This document shows positions 41,995 through 56,330 of a stretch of 64,000 nt of DNA, in pieces. The DNA is taken from assembly GCF_009914755.1 (NCBI RefSeq), contig NC_060935.1, one strand, 5' to 3'. The notes beneath the pieces were generated by a model. That model was not told the origin of the DNA. It made no database searches and worked only from the letters and a program-made list of their open reading frames with translations. Made by a program: the position numbers and the translations under genes. Position 1 is the stretch's first letter. Each line of letters opens with the position of its first letter. The DNA comes from the human T2T-CHM13v2.0 reference genome, Homo sapiens.

Positions 41995-42410
41995 CAGTAG
42001 TCCTCCCTTATCCTCAGGGAATACATTTCAAAACCCTAGTGGATGCCTGAAGCCACTGAACCCTATATACACTATGTTTTTCTATGTGAAAACCAAGTTG
42101 ACGGAGGGACTAATGGTCAGGTAGTATATAGAGCATGGATGCCCTGGACAGGTTTGATTCAGGTGATATGGAGCAGGGCGGCATAAAATTTCATTCATCA
42201 CTCTACTCAGAACAGCGTGTAACTTAACATGTATGAATTGTTTATTTCTGGAGTTTTCCATTTAGTATTCCATTTAGTAAATGGAGTGTTCCATTTAGAA
42301 TGGAATTCTGGAGTATTCCGTTCAGTATTTCCATTTAGTATGGACTGAGGTTGACCAAGGGTAACTGAAACCATAAAAAAATCATTATCACCAGTAAGGG
42401 AGGACTACTG
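41995..42410 (+). mobile_element. MER44A (Tigger7-type MITE)
   Basis: TIRs cagtagtcctcccttatc / taagggaggactactg with TA TSD. Confidence 0.85.
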
Positions 42411-45400
42411 TAATTTCTACTTGCAGTATCTTTCTTATTTTCATCATAGTATCAGAAAAGATATTTTTAGTGGAATTTGATAAATAAGGAAACTGAGGTT
42501 CAGGGAAGCATAATGATTCGACCAAAGTCATAAAAACAGTTGAAGAGCACAAAAACCCAGTTTTTCTAAATCCTGGCCAAGTACTTTTCCCATTATTTTC
42601 CTGTAATTCTGTCAGTACTTAACAATTAACCTATAACTATGTCATATCAGAGATCTGTGGCTTTCAAAATCTGTTCAGGAAATTAAATTATAATTGATTT
42701 GTAAAATTTATTTCATCATCAGAGTGCATTTTTGTTTATTCTTTTTCTGATGATTAAATGCAATGGGATTCTCCAATGTATTTGTGTCTTAATTGCTTTG
42801 AGGCTCATTAAGTAGAGGATTTGTCACTGTTTTATGCAGCGCTGTTGAAAAAATCATTTGGAATTTATATTAACAGACTGGTTGGGTGTGAGAAACACAG
42901 TATCATCAATGTTTACTTGGAGGTAATAACAGAGTTTTAAGTTATGTTACAAATGGATTCCCGTTATACAGGACCAATGTTAAAATGATAATTTTCTATG
43001 CACATATTAGATATATTTATAGGATAAATACATGTGATATATCTTGTAAGCCTAGAATTATCATCTTACCACATCTCAACCCAACAATCACTCCAAATGA
43101 TATGTGAAGCTCATGACTCCAAAATCTATACCTCTACTTGGGTTCCTGAGTGCCATGTTCTGTTTCAAATCTTCAGTTGCATATTTTTTTTTTGTGAATT
43201 TCCTTTTTGTACTTCAAAATCTACCTAGCATAAACCTGACACCAGTCAGTCTCCCTGTGCAAACCTGCTGCCCCCTTGTTCCCCAGCTCTCTTTCTGCTC
43301 CTTCTTAGTAACCTGGAATCATCTTTACTTTCTTTGTCTCACAGCATCAAAGCTTTTCCCCTAAATGTCCCACTGAGTTTATCTGTGAAATGTCTCTTGC
43401 ATTCATCACATCTTTATAATACTTTAATCAAACACGTATAGGGCTCAGTATATGCAGACATTAACATATTTAATCAAGTAACTCTCTGGGGCCACAAAGC
43501 TATTTAACCCTGAGAAAGCATTCAAAACCAGGTACTCTGGTCCTAAAGGGTCTTAGTGACTGCATTGTGTTGCCTTCTGCTGCCTGCCCATTGTAGTACT
43601 ACCAACATGATTCAGCTTTGTTAATAGCCCAGATGGTCTTTCCTGCATCTAGTAACTCTCCTTTTCCAAACCATCAAAAAGGGAAAAGGGGGTAAAGGGA
43701 GGGAAGGGAAGCACACACACAAAAAATTATCTTGTTCTTATTATTTTATCTTCCTCCCGCTTAAAACCTTCAGACACTCTCATTACCTACCCCTTTCCTT
43801 CCTCCGCTCAAAATTCTCCCAATATATGCCTTTCCTTTATAATATGATCCCGACCAGCTATTGTCACTTTCCTTCAAGTAGCTCCTTTGATCAGTCTCAT
43901 CTGATAAAGTGCTCTGTCCTGCCTCAGTACCTTGTATCAGTGCTGTTCCCTGCTTTGGAATGCCTTTTCTATGTCATACCACATATTCAGTGCTACTGGT
44001 TCCTCAAAATCAAGTTCCTCTTTTAAAGCTCTCCTCCACAAACATATTTTGAGTTTTAAATTAAGTAATCTCTTGCTCTCTCTTCTTGTGCTATCACAGC
44101 ACCTCATTTATAGTACTGTATGTAAATAATTCTAGGGTATAGGGAAGATGGAGCCCATGAAAATGGAAAGAACAATTCCATTTAGGATATAGAATACTCC
44201 TCTATGGAATGCCGGTGTTAAGTAAACCACCTACTTCAGTCACCTTTTTTACAAGTAAGGAACTTAAGATCTTATGAGAGAAAGGGACTTGTTATGTATT
44301 GACAGAAACTGCTGTCTCTGATTCCAGGATATTTAATCAATACTATCCGTCTGCCTTATCATCCATAAAATAAAATGCTAAGCAGCCACTAAACATGATG
44401 ATGGAAACCTTGGAAAAAATATCTATGGAAATGTTCAAAGAAGAAGATTAATAAAATGTTCATTGTATTTGATTTTATTTATGTAAGATTATGTATGCAT
44501 ATGCACAGATGTGTGTGAGGTGTGCATGAGAGAGGAAAAAAAGAAATAGAGACAGAGAAGAGATATCTGTGAAAGAATGTTCATCTAAGTTCTAACAACG
44601 TTCACGTATGCGTAATGACATTTTTTTCTACATCATTTTTGGCATCATTTAAAATATTTATTGAAAGAATACATTATGTTTATGATTAGAACAAAACACA
44701 AAATGGCTGAATTAATATTTGGAAAAGGATAGGAAATTACTTCCTTCATATATTTACTTGGGAGATGCAACACAGATTGTATTAGAGGATCTCTGTCATT
44801 TTTTTAAAAATGTCCATTTTGATGGTATTTTCAGAAAGGACTTTTTAACCAGGTAGTAAGGACAGAACTGACTACATTCTCTATTCCTTTCAAATTCAAC
44901 CTTAGGTAAATTAACAAAGTTGCTGTAGTTCTACTCCTATTAAAAAGAAAGAACACAATTTCCAAATAAAACATCTGTACTTTTTTTCCCTGAGGTATTT
45001 CATGATCATATTACCCAAGAAGATTGAAAGTTTCCTGTGTGTTTCCTTTAACAATCTGTGTGACATGTTTATAAGCAATTTAAAAGCATGGCCAAAAGGG
45101 ACATGGATGGACTGAAGGATCACACTTTAAATAAATTCCATTTAAAGATCACGTTATACCTATGCAGTCTTCCCAGAACCAGGCACACTGTAACTTTTAA
45201 CAGCATTCCTGATTGACTCACTGAGAATATTTCACTAAATCTCTGACTGTTCCTCATAACAAGGACATGAGGATTCTGTTTAAACAAAAATGTTTTAACA
45301 TTCTGGGAGCAACAGATTTTTTTTTCATAGGCATGTTCTTTGATTGTTTGTCCTGGTTCCCATCAGTTGGTACACTTACTTCTGCCTAGTTTCAGCATCT

Positions 45401-45489
45401 GTCCTGCCCACTTAAGAGCCCATGCCAATGTGCTAATCATAACTCCATGTAGTTTTAATTTGGGCAGCATCTGTTATTTCACATTGCTG

Positions 45490-45740
45490 AGGCAGTGCCA
45501 TGTGGTGCCAAGAGTATGGGCCTTGGAGCCAGACAAACTTGGGCTTGTGCCTTGGTCTTACCCATTACCAAGTGACCTTAGATAATATGCTTAACTTATT
45601 TGAACCCCAATTTCCTCATGTGAGAAAGAGAGTAATACTAAATCCTGGTCATTGTGAGGAATTAGGAAATCAGTGTATGTGTTTGTAGAGTGTTTAGCAG
45701 TGATTGGCATATTGTAGGTTCTCTACAATGTGTAGCTATT
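45490..45740 (+). mobile_element. MIR SINE
   Basis: 'ttggagccagacaaacttggg...gtgaccttagataatatgcttaacttatttgaaccccaatttcctcatgtg'. Confidence 0.75.
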
Positions 45741-46579
45741 AAGAATCTAATTAAAACCTCTTCACTTCTCTCCTAAGTGATACCATGATGCTTTTTCTCT
45801 ATGATAATTGTGATGTGAAAACTGTTAGGTGGTTCATGGTCTTTTCTATAGCAATATGCGTCATTTGGACTTTAAAATATTTTATTTTACAAAGTACCTC
45901 TGAATATAGTATGTTACCACAACAATCCCATGAGATGTATAGGTATACATACATATATATACACATATACACAAGAGCACACACACACACATATAATATC
46001 CTCATTTAACTAATGAGACCATTGAGGCTAAAATGGTTAAGCCTTAAAGTACTTTAGGTAGGAAGAGGGGAGGTTAGTAATAGAATCCAGGTGTTCAGAA
46101 ATGAGGAACAATTGTCTGTATAACACATCCATGTAGCCCCCCAGCTTTTGACTGCTAGTTTACAGCGATGGCTGCAAGTCTTGCTTCAGGTTGGTCATAG
46201 AAACACAACTACCTATTCAATTTAAAATATAAAAAAACTTGAGTTCTTACTGTTTGTCAGGCATACTGCTGGATATTTGTACAAATATCACATCATGTAA
46301 TCTGGGTAGCAACTCTCTGGAGTAGGTATCATCTCTATTTTACAGATAAGGTCAGTTGACTTGTCTGTGGTTGCACCCCCACTAAGGGTTGGATGCAAAA
46401 ATGTTTGAAAAATATTGGATCAAATGGCCTATAAATCCTAACGAGTTATATACTTTTAGGCTTCTTTTCCCCAAAGACATTGCTTATGTGGAATTCTAAC
46501 TTTTAGAAGTGAGTCATTTTCATAATTTCTGAGATCAACTAAGCAAATCAAGAGAGCACAAAACTAAACAGCAATAAGA

Positions 46580-46875
46580 GTGATCAATCTACAAGTGCTC
46601 CAACCATATGGATGAATTTCCCAAACATAATGTTGAGTGACAGAAGCCAGATACAAATAGTATAAATTGTATTCCATTTATAGAGAGCATAGAAAAAGAC
46701 ACATCCCATATAGGATGTTAGAAGTAAGGAGAGTGGTTAGTCTTTGGGAGAGGCGGAGGCAGAGGCAGAAAGGAAGCAGAAGGGGCCCTTCTGTGTGTTG
46801 GTTTCATCTGTGTTCAGCTTACACTTCTGGTATGTACTCTTTTCTGTATTTATTATATTTAATAGAAAGTTGTTA
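46580..46875 (+). mobile_element. L1ME 3' end fragment
   Basis: 'atggatgaatttcccaaacataatgttgagtgacagaagccagatacaaa...attccatttata'. Confidence 0.7.
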
Positions 46876-47989
46876 GAAAACTATGTGCTTGATGCTACAT
46901 GAAATTAACACTAATTGGCTATTAACTTTTAAAAATATGGTTAGATATGTTTTAATTTGGGGCCTCCTTCGGGTTGGCCTTTCAAAGAGCACAAACCCAG
47001 GAAGTAGTAAGAATGACCTCTTTTGGAAGCCTGGGGATACTGGTAAGAAGAGAAGATTCTAAAACTTCTATAGGGAGTGTAAGCAAAAAGCATTTTTCTG
47101 CAGAGGCTGTGTGTTCAAAGAGTTTGCTGAGGAAGGAGTGTAGCAGTGCAGAGGAAAGTCAGCATGCAGTCAGCAACCACCAGCAGAGCCAGGTGAGAGA
47201 GCTGATCCTAATGATCCTGGGCACAGGCTAATAAAAGGTGGGCTAGTCATCTCTCAAAGACCCCACCTCTGAATATTATTTACTGGGGTTTCAACATGTG
47301 AATTTTGGTAACATACAAACATTCAGATCATAGAAACAATGTCCTAAAGGAAAAAGACAGAAGAGAATACATAAGTGGTATTTTTGAAATCTTCATGCTG
47401 GAGCTAGAGGTGATGTGTAAGTTAGAGACAGGGAAATTGGGAAAAGAGTATACTTGAGTATCTTCTGAAACGCTGAATCATCCTGATGATGATAGCAAGT
47501 AGTAAACTTGTAAAGCCCTCATTATAACTCTATGAATGACATAGTCAGGCCATTTATTTTCTTGTCCTTTTCTATTTTTTCCCTGACTTTCTCATTTCTT
47601 ACACCTGATTTTGAAAGGACACAAAGAAACAGGTCTTAATATCAAGCTTCCTCACGTCTTCAGTGAATGACAAATCTGTACTTGGCAGTCATTGTTAAGA
47701 AAAGGATGGTTGTCTCCAAATTGAAAAGCACTCCAGCATGGCACGTAACAGCTGGCTGTTTCCCCTAGAGTACATGATTATTTTATTGGCACAGTGTTTT
47801 ACTAACTGGGGCTTCTTTCAACAGAAGCTGCCACACTGAGTTAATGGCCCTGGCTGAGGAGGTGAGAGAAATGGGGACAATGCACAGTTACCTAGGACGA
47901 ATGCCAGTCTCATTTTACCCCACACCAAGGGAAGCAAGTGCTTGTATGTTTTTCACCTACAGAGTAAGTCACGCTCTGAGAGTAGAGCA

Positions 47990-48244
47990 CCAGGGAGTCC
48001 TCATGAACGAGATCATTGCCCTGATAAAAGAGGCCCAACAGCTTGTTTGCCCCTTGTATTATATGAGGATAAATAAAAATGGGGCTGTCTATGAAGCAGA
48101 AAGCAAGCACTCACCAGACACTGATCTGCTGGCATCTTGATCTTGGACTCCTCAGTCTCTAGAACTTTGAGCCACACATTTCTGTCATTTATAAATTACT
48201 GCATCAAAGGCATTTTGTTACAGCAGTCTAAGTGGACTAAGACA
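47990..48244 (+). mobile_element. MSTD/MLT1A-type LTR 3' fragment
   Basis: 'ctcaccagacactgatctgctggcatcttgatcttggactcctcagtctctagaact...gactaagaca'. Confidence 0.75.
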
Positions 48245-49989
48245 ATCATTTATGTCAGTTTTCCTCTCTGTGCTCTAGCAACAACTCGGACCAGGTCCTC
48301 AATAATTCACACCTAGTCTGTGGCCATATTCTTTTGGTTGTCTTTAGTGCCTCCTGGCTGTACATTTCAGCTCAATTCATCTTCTTTAAATGTCAATTTT
48401 ATTATAACATTTCTTAATTTAAGCTCCTTTAATAGTTTTGTCTCTGAAAGTCCATCACCTGGCTTTCAAGCTCCTCTATAATATGGTCCCATCTCAATTT
48501 TCTACCTTTTACTGTTACTTAATACCTCTCTCTTATTTATGCAGACTCTCCAACTGTTCATTAGTCAGGAACTTATGGAACACTCAAGCCCATTCAACTA
48601 TGAGATCTGGCACATAAGAGAGTTTCAGTTAAAATAAATCTGTGAATCAAACCTCCCCTTTCCAATCTTTCCTATATGGAATGGCCTTTACTGATCCCAA
48701 TCCAAACCCAGCAATCTTTCCAGGCCCAGGTGACATTCAAGCTCTCCAGGGAACCTTCTTCTGTGCTGCTCATTTTTCTCTGAGTTTGTACAGCACTGGC
48801 TGTATTTACTGCACCATGAAGTGTTTCATTAGACACCAATTTCTCTTTTAGTTTTATATGTTTTATTGTTTATTTGGATAGTCTGAAATTTCAAAAGTGA
48901 GCTCAAACTTTGTGAAGAAAAACTACCTACTTTGGGCTATGTTGTATCTTTTTCGTAAGTCCACAATTAGTCAGGACTAGTGAATGATATTGGATAATTT
49001 GGTGTGTCTACCCAAGTCAAACTCTCTTCTCCTATAATATACTCTTGCACATAGTTTTGGCTAAGTAAACACTGTAGGCACCTTGAATCTTCCCTTGTAG
49101 TTTATCAGACCCAAGCAAACATCTGAATCAAAGTTTGGCTATCTCAACTGCTGCAAAAAGATAACCTGTAATTTGCATTTGGTTTACATATATTGATAAA
49201 CTGAATTAGGGGGAAGTAGAAAAAAAGAGGTGAATTTGTTGCACACACAACTACTGAGTTACGAAAATGGCGGGCCTCCTGGAGAAGACTCTTGCCCTTT
49301 ACTAAGGTTTCTAGCCCCTGCTCCTAGAATGCCCAGCTACACCAAATGTCCTGTACTAACATTTTTTGAGCCCCAACATATTCTAACCACACCTCCCTTC
49401 ATTTTTTTCTAAGCTATAAATAAGGCCTTACTTATTAACATCTCTTCCTAGAGAACATACTCCTTTGGGAAGTGACCAAGATTTTCCTCCCTTCCCTGGC
49501 CCTCTGCCTAGATATTTTGGCTTTTTATGCTTTGACTCAGCCATTCTCACCATTTTTCTCATGCTTTCCTTTTCTTTTTCTGTAGGACCTTACTTTGGAA
49601 CTAGAACTGAGTGAGACTGACATCCCAAGGCAGCAATAAATTACACAAATTTCATGAGCCATAAAACCAAATGAACACAACAAATTAATTTATCATGGAG
49701 CCTTCAACGTATTTGTCATGAGAGTCAAACCAAATGTTTTCCAAAAGACTCCCATGAAATAAATTAAAGACAAAATTAATATGTATCTTCCCTACAAAGA
49801 CTGAAATAGAGCAAAACCAGAGCACTAAAATCTTGTAGGAACAAAAATCCAAACGCCCAATCATATTTCATTTGATTAGATTAAACATTGTTTTTTGCTG
49901 TTAGATGCAGTGGTTGACAGTAGTAACAATTTCTCATGTTTGGATAGTGCTTGGTAGGTTACTAGGTCCCTTCATACCCATGTAAGGAG

Positions 49990-50400
49990 TGGTTAAAAAC
50001 AGACTCAAAAGCTATGTTTTATAGTGTATTGATTACAGCTGTGTGAGCTTGGGCACATTTTCTTATCTTCTCTGATTCTCAGTTTCTTCTTTTGTGAAAT
50101 GGGAATAAATTGGCATCTATATCATAGGGTCAAGCATAGAGTTAATGTCAGTAATATACCAAACACTTAAAATAGTGCTCATGCATGATAAGCACTTTAT
50201 TAATTTTAGCTATACTAGAAAGCAGTTATTCCATTTGGCCCTCATAATCACCCTGTGAGGTAGACTGTGCAAGCATAATTATGAGTATCTTATTTTCGAG
50301 GAAATCAAGACCCAGAGAGAACAAGTGACTTGTTAATGGTAGTTGTATAACACAAATCTAAGTTTAGGCCTTTTCAATTTCAAGTCCAAGGATGTTTGAT
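49990..50400. mobile_element. Two MIRs in opposite orientation (about 49990-50210 plus, about 50225-50400 minus)
   Basis: 'gctgtgtgagcttgggcac...ctcagtttcttcttttgtgaaatgggaat' followed by 'ccctgtgaggtag...gaggaaatcaagacccagagagaacaagtgacttg'. Confidence 0.7.
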
Positions 50401-53279
50401 GATAAAAAGTCGGGTAGACTATGCAATTTACAGTCATTGCCAAGGAATAACTGCCTCTTATATCAGAGATGATCCCTCCAGTAGCTGTTGTTAGTGGGGA
50501 CCTTAGACCCTAATGACTGGACCGAGTTGGGCATCTACTCACACTTCAGTCACAATTCCTTTCTAGGGATTTGGCATTAGATAGAGAATAAGAGTATAAA
50601 TAAGGATAAAACTGAGATAAAAAGAGTGAGAGACCCATGGGGGCTACAACTCAACTGTGTAAACTCAGGAACTCTGGGTTACCATGTTCCTCTGGTTGCC
50701 ATACTCCACCAGGTGGCTGGTGAGGCAGAACTGAGAGATCAAAGCTGAATACTGCTTTATTTGCCACCCGTTTTCCTATTTTTCTTTTCATCCCTTCCTA
50801 AAGGCTGGCTACATTCCTTTTAAGGGTTTGGTATTTTGCGAGGCTAATGTTAACCATGGGGAGGTAATGTTGACTACTGATTAAGAGCCCTCTGGACAGG
50901 GCTATTTGGATTCAAATGCTACGCCTCTCCTTTATCAGCTATGCGACTTTGGTTAAACCTCTGGTGATATGAAAATACTCTGCTCATATGAAAATAGTAC
51001 CTACCTACCAGTACTATGAAGAGAAGGTAAATAAGATAATAGCTATAATGCATTCTTAATAGTTCCTGGCAATGTAAATGTTCAATAACTAGTAGCTGTT
51101 ACTCTGTTTATAATAAATTCCCACTTAAGGCTTACATTAGGTCAAAATGGTCTGCAACTAAAGTGTTTCAGGACATCATCATTTTCCAAGCAATCCAACC
51201 TGAAAATCTCAGTCAGTCATCTGACTTCGTTTTTCCCTTAATTTCCTGAATCTAATCAGTCACTAAGTCCTATTGATTCTTGCACTGGGAGCCCCTGCTA
51301 CTGCTCTGTCCTATATATCCTCATTTCATCATATGTGGCCCACTGGATGGCCCACATGTCTAGCTGTCTTTTACACTCCTCCCAAAGTAAAGGATTATAG
51401 GCTCTGAACTGCATTGCAGAATGCAGTTGATCTGCCCTATCTGAATAAGAGCTGTCCATTTCAAGTAGAAAATATGTCTCCTATTCCCCACAAACTCTAA
51501 TTAGAGAATAGCACCTAATCTCAATCTAGAGTTCAAAGCTCTTCATAATCTGGACCCCACACAGCATTCAGTTCTCATTTCCCAATTTATCCTTGACATC
51601 ACTTATACTCCATCTTCATTAGACTGATTATTCACTTTTCTTAAATCCATCTAGTCCTTCTGTATCTTGATATCTTTGTTCCCTCTGGAATCTTTCCTGC
51701 CTATCGCAATCCTACTTATTCCATGAGCCTGAATCAAGGACTTTGTCTCACAAGAAATAATCCTTGCAGAATGTTTAGGCAGATTGAGGAGGGCAGGGCT
51801 TGGGAAGAAAGATGTTCCTAGCACATCCTATTTTTCTTGCTGTCTTTTGCTTTCTCACTGGTAGGCGGCAAAACTTGCAGACATTGTATAAGAGGTAGAG
51901 TTCATCTCACAGATAATGTAAACTGACATGTTATTGAAAGGCTACAACTGAGGAACTTGGCCTTTTTAACATCCCCAAACAAATCACAAAAGAAAGCTAC
52001 AAAGAGGTAAAAATTGGACTATTTAAATTATCTTGTTTCCTCCTGAATAACGAGAAGGCTTTGTGCGTGTGTCATCCTTCAAGTCAACAGCTAGTTATTT
52101 GGAAAGAAACTATAATCCAGATATGTTGAACAAAATAGTGATGTGAAATGAAAGTATTTTCCCACAAGTCATTAAGTGTGTCATGTGCAAACCATTATCT
52201 ATGTCTCCTTCAAGGGTGTGGGTCTCATTTCTTAAGGGAAAAAGACAGTTGGGAACCCACTGCATGTATGTACTGGGGAGAAACCATTTTATTCACCTGC
52301 TGTTTACTCTGTGCCATACCAACATTCTTTGCACATTATTAATAATCACTACAGCCTTATGAGTAAGAAACCAATATTATTTGCATTTTTAGTTGATGAA
52401 ACTGAGTCTTTGGGAGGTAAAGTAACTTGCCACAGATGCCAGTTTAAGTAAGATTTTTTTCTTCACTCATGGTACCACTAGTAAGTAGAAGAGCAGGGAT
52501 TGGAATGTAGGTTTGTCTGACTCCAAAGTCTGTGTATGGTAGAGGTACATCCAATGACACCCACCTTTGACTTCTATTGTCTTCTTATATTTAATATTCA
52601 CGCATATATATATATCTGTCTCACATAATTTACCAACCAAATTGGTACACTTTGAGAGTGACAGTAGGTACTATCAAAATTATGCTGGTTATTCCTTTTC
52701 ACAATTGCCAAGAAAGAACAACAAGGATTTTATTTTTTTTTAAGTTCACCAGGTGGTTCTGACAAGTAGGCAAGGTCATGCATCACTTTCTAAGAGCCTC
52801 CTTTTACTTATTCTAAACAAACTATCCCAGCAGTTCAATCAATAAACAATCATGTACTGGGCACTCATTATATAGTAGATACTGGGTGCAGAGGATATAG
52901 CCCTAAATACAACAAATCCTGATCTTATAGCACTAAAGGCAGTTAAAGCCTTAATTTCCAGATAGGTCAATCCTGGGAGAAACACTGACTGTAGGATAAA
53001 CTCTTGTGGTTTATGAGGAACAAGTCCCGAGATTTTCACAAATTTTCAAATGTTTGAAGAGAGAACAACAAAGCCAAGGTGAAGGTTCATTCATTAGCTA
53101 AGTATAAGAGGTTTTCAAGTATATCATGGAATAGTTAAAGCCAAGACTGTAAAATTTGTGAAAATAAAATTTCTGCTAAGTTCACAATAAAATAAAAATT
53201 TGTTATTACCTTATTTTTTATGTTGCCTGTTCCCTGACTGACAGCTGATATTCAAAACATATCTTTACATTTGCTGCTT

Positions 53280-53458
53280 TCTTATTTGTTTGTGTAATTA
53301 TTTGATTTATCTTTCCTCCTGGATTAGATGGCCCAAGAGAGTGACAACTACATGTTTCTTTTCACCATTGCATCGTTAGTGCCTAGCACTGTGCCTTACA
53401 CATAGTAGGCAGTCATAAACCATCTGTTGAATGAATGAATGCATGAATGAATGAATGA
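53280..53458 (+). mobile_element. L2 3' terminus with (GAAT)n tail
   Basis: 'gtgcctagcactgtgccttacacatagtaggcagtcataaac..tgttgaatgaatgaatg'. Confidence 0.8.
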
Positions 53459-53789
53459 GAGAGACACTTGTCCTAGTCATCATATGAGAATATTCACATT
53501 CTAAAGAATTTAGAGCACCTACAGGTAGTACCTTTGGGAAACTTCATGTTTCCCCTAATGAGTTTAGTATTACTAAATCATTTATGGAAGGCAAGAAAAC
53601 CTGTCACAGACTTTGTTAAATTAATATTTTTCACAGGAATGAAACGTTATAAATTAAAGGTGGCTTTTATTTTAAGAGAAAGCCAAAGGTCACACAGTAA
53701 ATAAGAAGACAATGAACATATTTGCATATAAATTTTGGTGTTAATTCCTGGGAAAATAGCCATTGCCAAAATTCTTTCCAGAGAAGCTG

Positions 53790-55205
53790 TGAGTTTACAT
53801 TCATTTGGATGAGATTTTTTCCACTTTGAGTGTGTGACTGTTGTGTATGTTGAGTAGCATTCTTTTTCTCTGCTTCTTGTGCTTTTAGGGGGCCAAAGAT
53901 CTGTATAAATTCCTTGGTTATAGATGGCCTTCATGTAGTGGTTTTCTTAAATGCTGGTTGTTTGTAGATTGTAGCAACAGTGTACTACATGTGTGAGCAG
54001 GCTTGTTGTCTCTTACAGAGATGGGAGGTGGAGGTCTCTGGAACTTTGTTCCTCAGTGCTGTGCACGTGTGTCAGCAGGAATTATATTGGCTTTTGCAGT
54101 TCACCCTACTGGCCTGTAGGTGGCACTTTCAAGTATGAGCTGCCTGAGTGCTCTATAATGGTGTCAGGAGAAGTTGTGATGACACATATAGGTTGACCTT
54201 CAGGCTAATAGGTGGCACTTGCAGGCGGGAGGTAGTTGTGGTGGTGGCCGTGGAAATTTTACTTGACCTTTGTTAATGAGGGGAAGTACGAGAGTATCCT
54301 TGGCAATGGGCTGGACCCTGGAGTTTCCAGGGGTTCCTGTCCTGTGCTCTGCCACCCAGGCAGCTGGAGGAAGCAAATCTGGGTGGGGCTGGGACAGACA
54401 AACCTGTGACCATGCTCTCTGAGGCGAGCACAAGCCCCAATCCTGGCACGGCTATAGGCAGACTCTCAGGCAGCTGGGGCCAAGGGGCTGAGTTGCCTCT
54501 CCTGTACCACAGAGTCTGCTTAAGGCAAATTGGGTGGCCTGGGGTTTTCAGCCCAGCAGGCAGCAGTGGGACTGGCCCAGCTCCCACACCCCTGGTGCAG
54601 CAGGTCTCCCTCCAACATTCTGCTGCTGACAGCAGGCCAAAATGGTTAGGCTAGACTCAAGCTATCTGCATTCAGATCACTTAGTCATTCCAGGTGTTTT
54701 GGGCTGTGAGACTCCCTTGAACAGAAACCATGGCTATCAGGCCTCACCCTTCCCAGTCTAGTCTTATGAAGGGAGGGGTACCCATCTCCCATGCCACTAC
54801 ATGAACCTGTGCTACACTTTTCTCTTTGTTCTGAGTGGGGGGGTTCCTCCCTGACTCAAGATCACCACGAGCAGGCTTTGTCTGCCAGTCTAAAGGTCTA
54901 CACGGGTCATGGAACTCTCCTGTAGCTAGGATCTCAGAGGTCTATGGCAGGAATGTTATGCCCTGAGGTTCCTTCACTCATCCCTTCCTTGGATCTGGGT
55001 CCAGGTCTGGAGGCTGGTCCTGGCACCCAGCAATGCTGAGCAGGCAGCCCTGCTCTCTCTCTCTTCACTCATGGTGTCTTCTGTTGCCTCTTTATTGAAT
55101 TTTAGTGTTCTCTTTCAAAAAATCTTTTCAACGTGTGAATGTTTACCTGATATTTTGGTTCATCTTTGTGGCAGAGGCTCATCCTGGCTGCCATCTGGAA
55201 CCCTT
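53790..55205 (-). mobile_element. Isolated 5'UTR of an old L1 (L1M/L1MA-age)
   Basis: GC-richer block ending 'tttattgaattttagtgttctctttca...tgaatgtttacctgatattttggttcatctttgtggcagagg...gccatctgg', resembling a reverse-complemented L1M 5' end. Confidence 0.6.
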
Positions 55206-55272
55206 CCCTCCAAAATGTTCTAATTTTTTTCCTTGCTCTGTTTTTCTGTGTTCCTCCACCACCCCCCTTTCA

Positions 55273-55273
<1 letters not shown>

Positions 55274-55303
<30 letters not shown>

Positions 55304-55340
55304 TGTGTGTGGTGAGTGGTGTATATGTGAGTGTGTGTGT
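55274..55340. repeat. (CT)n(GT)n compound microsatellite
   Basis: Read directly from the sequence. Confidence 0.9.
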
Positions 55341-56057
55341 TTCTTCTTTATGTAATCTCATAATGTGGAATTGCTGCTTTGGAGAACAAAACTTTCTCTC
55401 TCTTGTTTCATCTCTTATCCCAGTAGGAGAGCTAGTTACTTCTATTTTCTTTTATCCTGTTTCTAATGGGTCTTAAGGTTCTAATAATAACACTTACAGT
55501 GTTATTTGAAAAGGAATCAGAAGAAAATAACAAGTGTGATGTTCACTTGTTCTGAATCTTGTATATGAGGGTTTATCAAAGTTGAAGAGATCATTTTCTC
55601 TGGTGGAGCTGGCCTAACTTGGAGAAAATACGTTAGTCAATGTTTGGCTGCATATTGACAAGTGTTCCCTGCTAGATTGTACAAAGAGGTTTTTGGTTTT
55701 AGTTTCACAGAGATGAAAAGAGATATTTTATCTCTAAATTTTTAGATATCACTTAAATTTTAGACACAGGGAATCTTGAGATTAAATGATACACAAGGCA
55801 ATGTATATCCTTGTGACAATAGCCAACACAATGCCTGACACATAAAAAGTGTCAGTAGATACAAGTTTTCTTCTGTACAAAACATAAAGCATAAAAAGTA
55901 TTAATATCTTTTTTGAGGTCATAAAACATGACAAAGAATTTCGGTTTTAGAATAGTATTGCCAGGCCAAGCATTGCTGCTCAGTACATGCTAGTTGTGTG
56001 ATCTTAAGTTAAATAATCTTTCTGTACCTTGTTTCCTCAATTTAAAATAAATCCAAT

Positions 56058-56330
56058 TCTGTAGCAGTTTGTGTTACGTTTGGAATATACAAAGAAAGCC
56101 CAAAATAACAGTTGCATATTTCCTTCTTATGTAAAAAACCTACAAAGGCGGAAAAGCCAGGGAAGGTATAGTGGCTTCTGCTATCATCAGGAATCCAAGC
56201 TATTCCTATTCTGCATCCTTAGCAAGTGACTTCTATACTTAAAATCACACTACAGTCCAAGGCAGCTGTTAGAGCTCCAATTATTTTGTATATATTCTAT
56301 GCATCAATACCCTTTAATGAAATTGGGATT
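56058..56330 (-). mobile_element. MLT1J/K-like LTR fragment between MIR pieces
   Basis: 'tcatcaggaatccaagctattcct...catccttagc...tccaaggcagctgttagagctccaa'. Confidence 0.55.

Noticed and set aside
49555-49640. Strong plus-strand acceptor (tttttctgtag) followed by AATAAA
   Set aside because: An isolated motif with no supporting ORF or partner exon; too common by chance to call.
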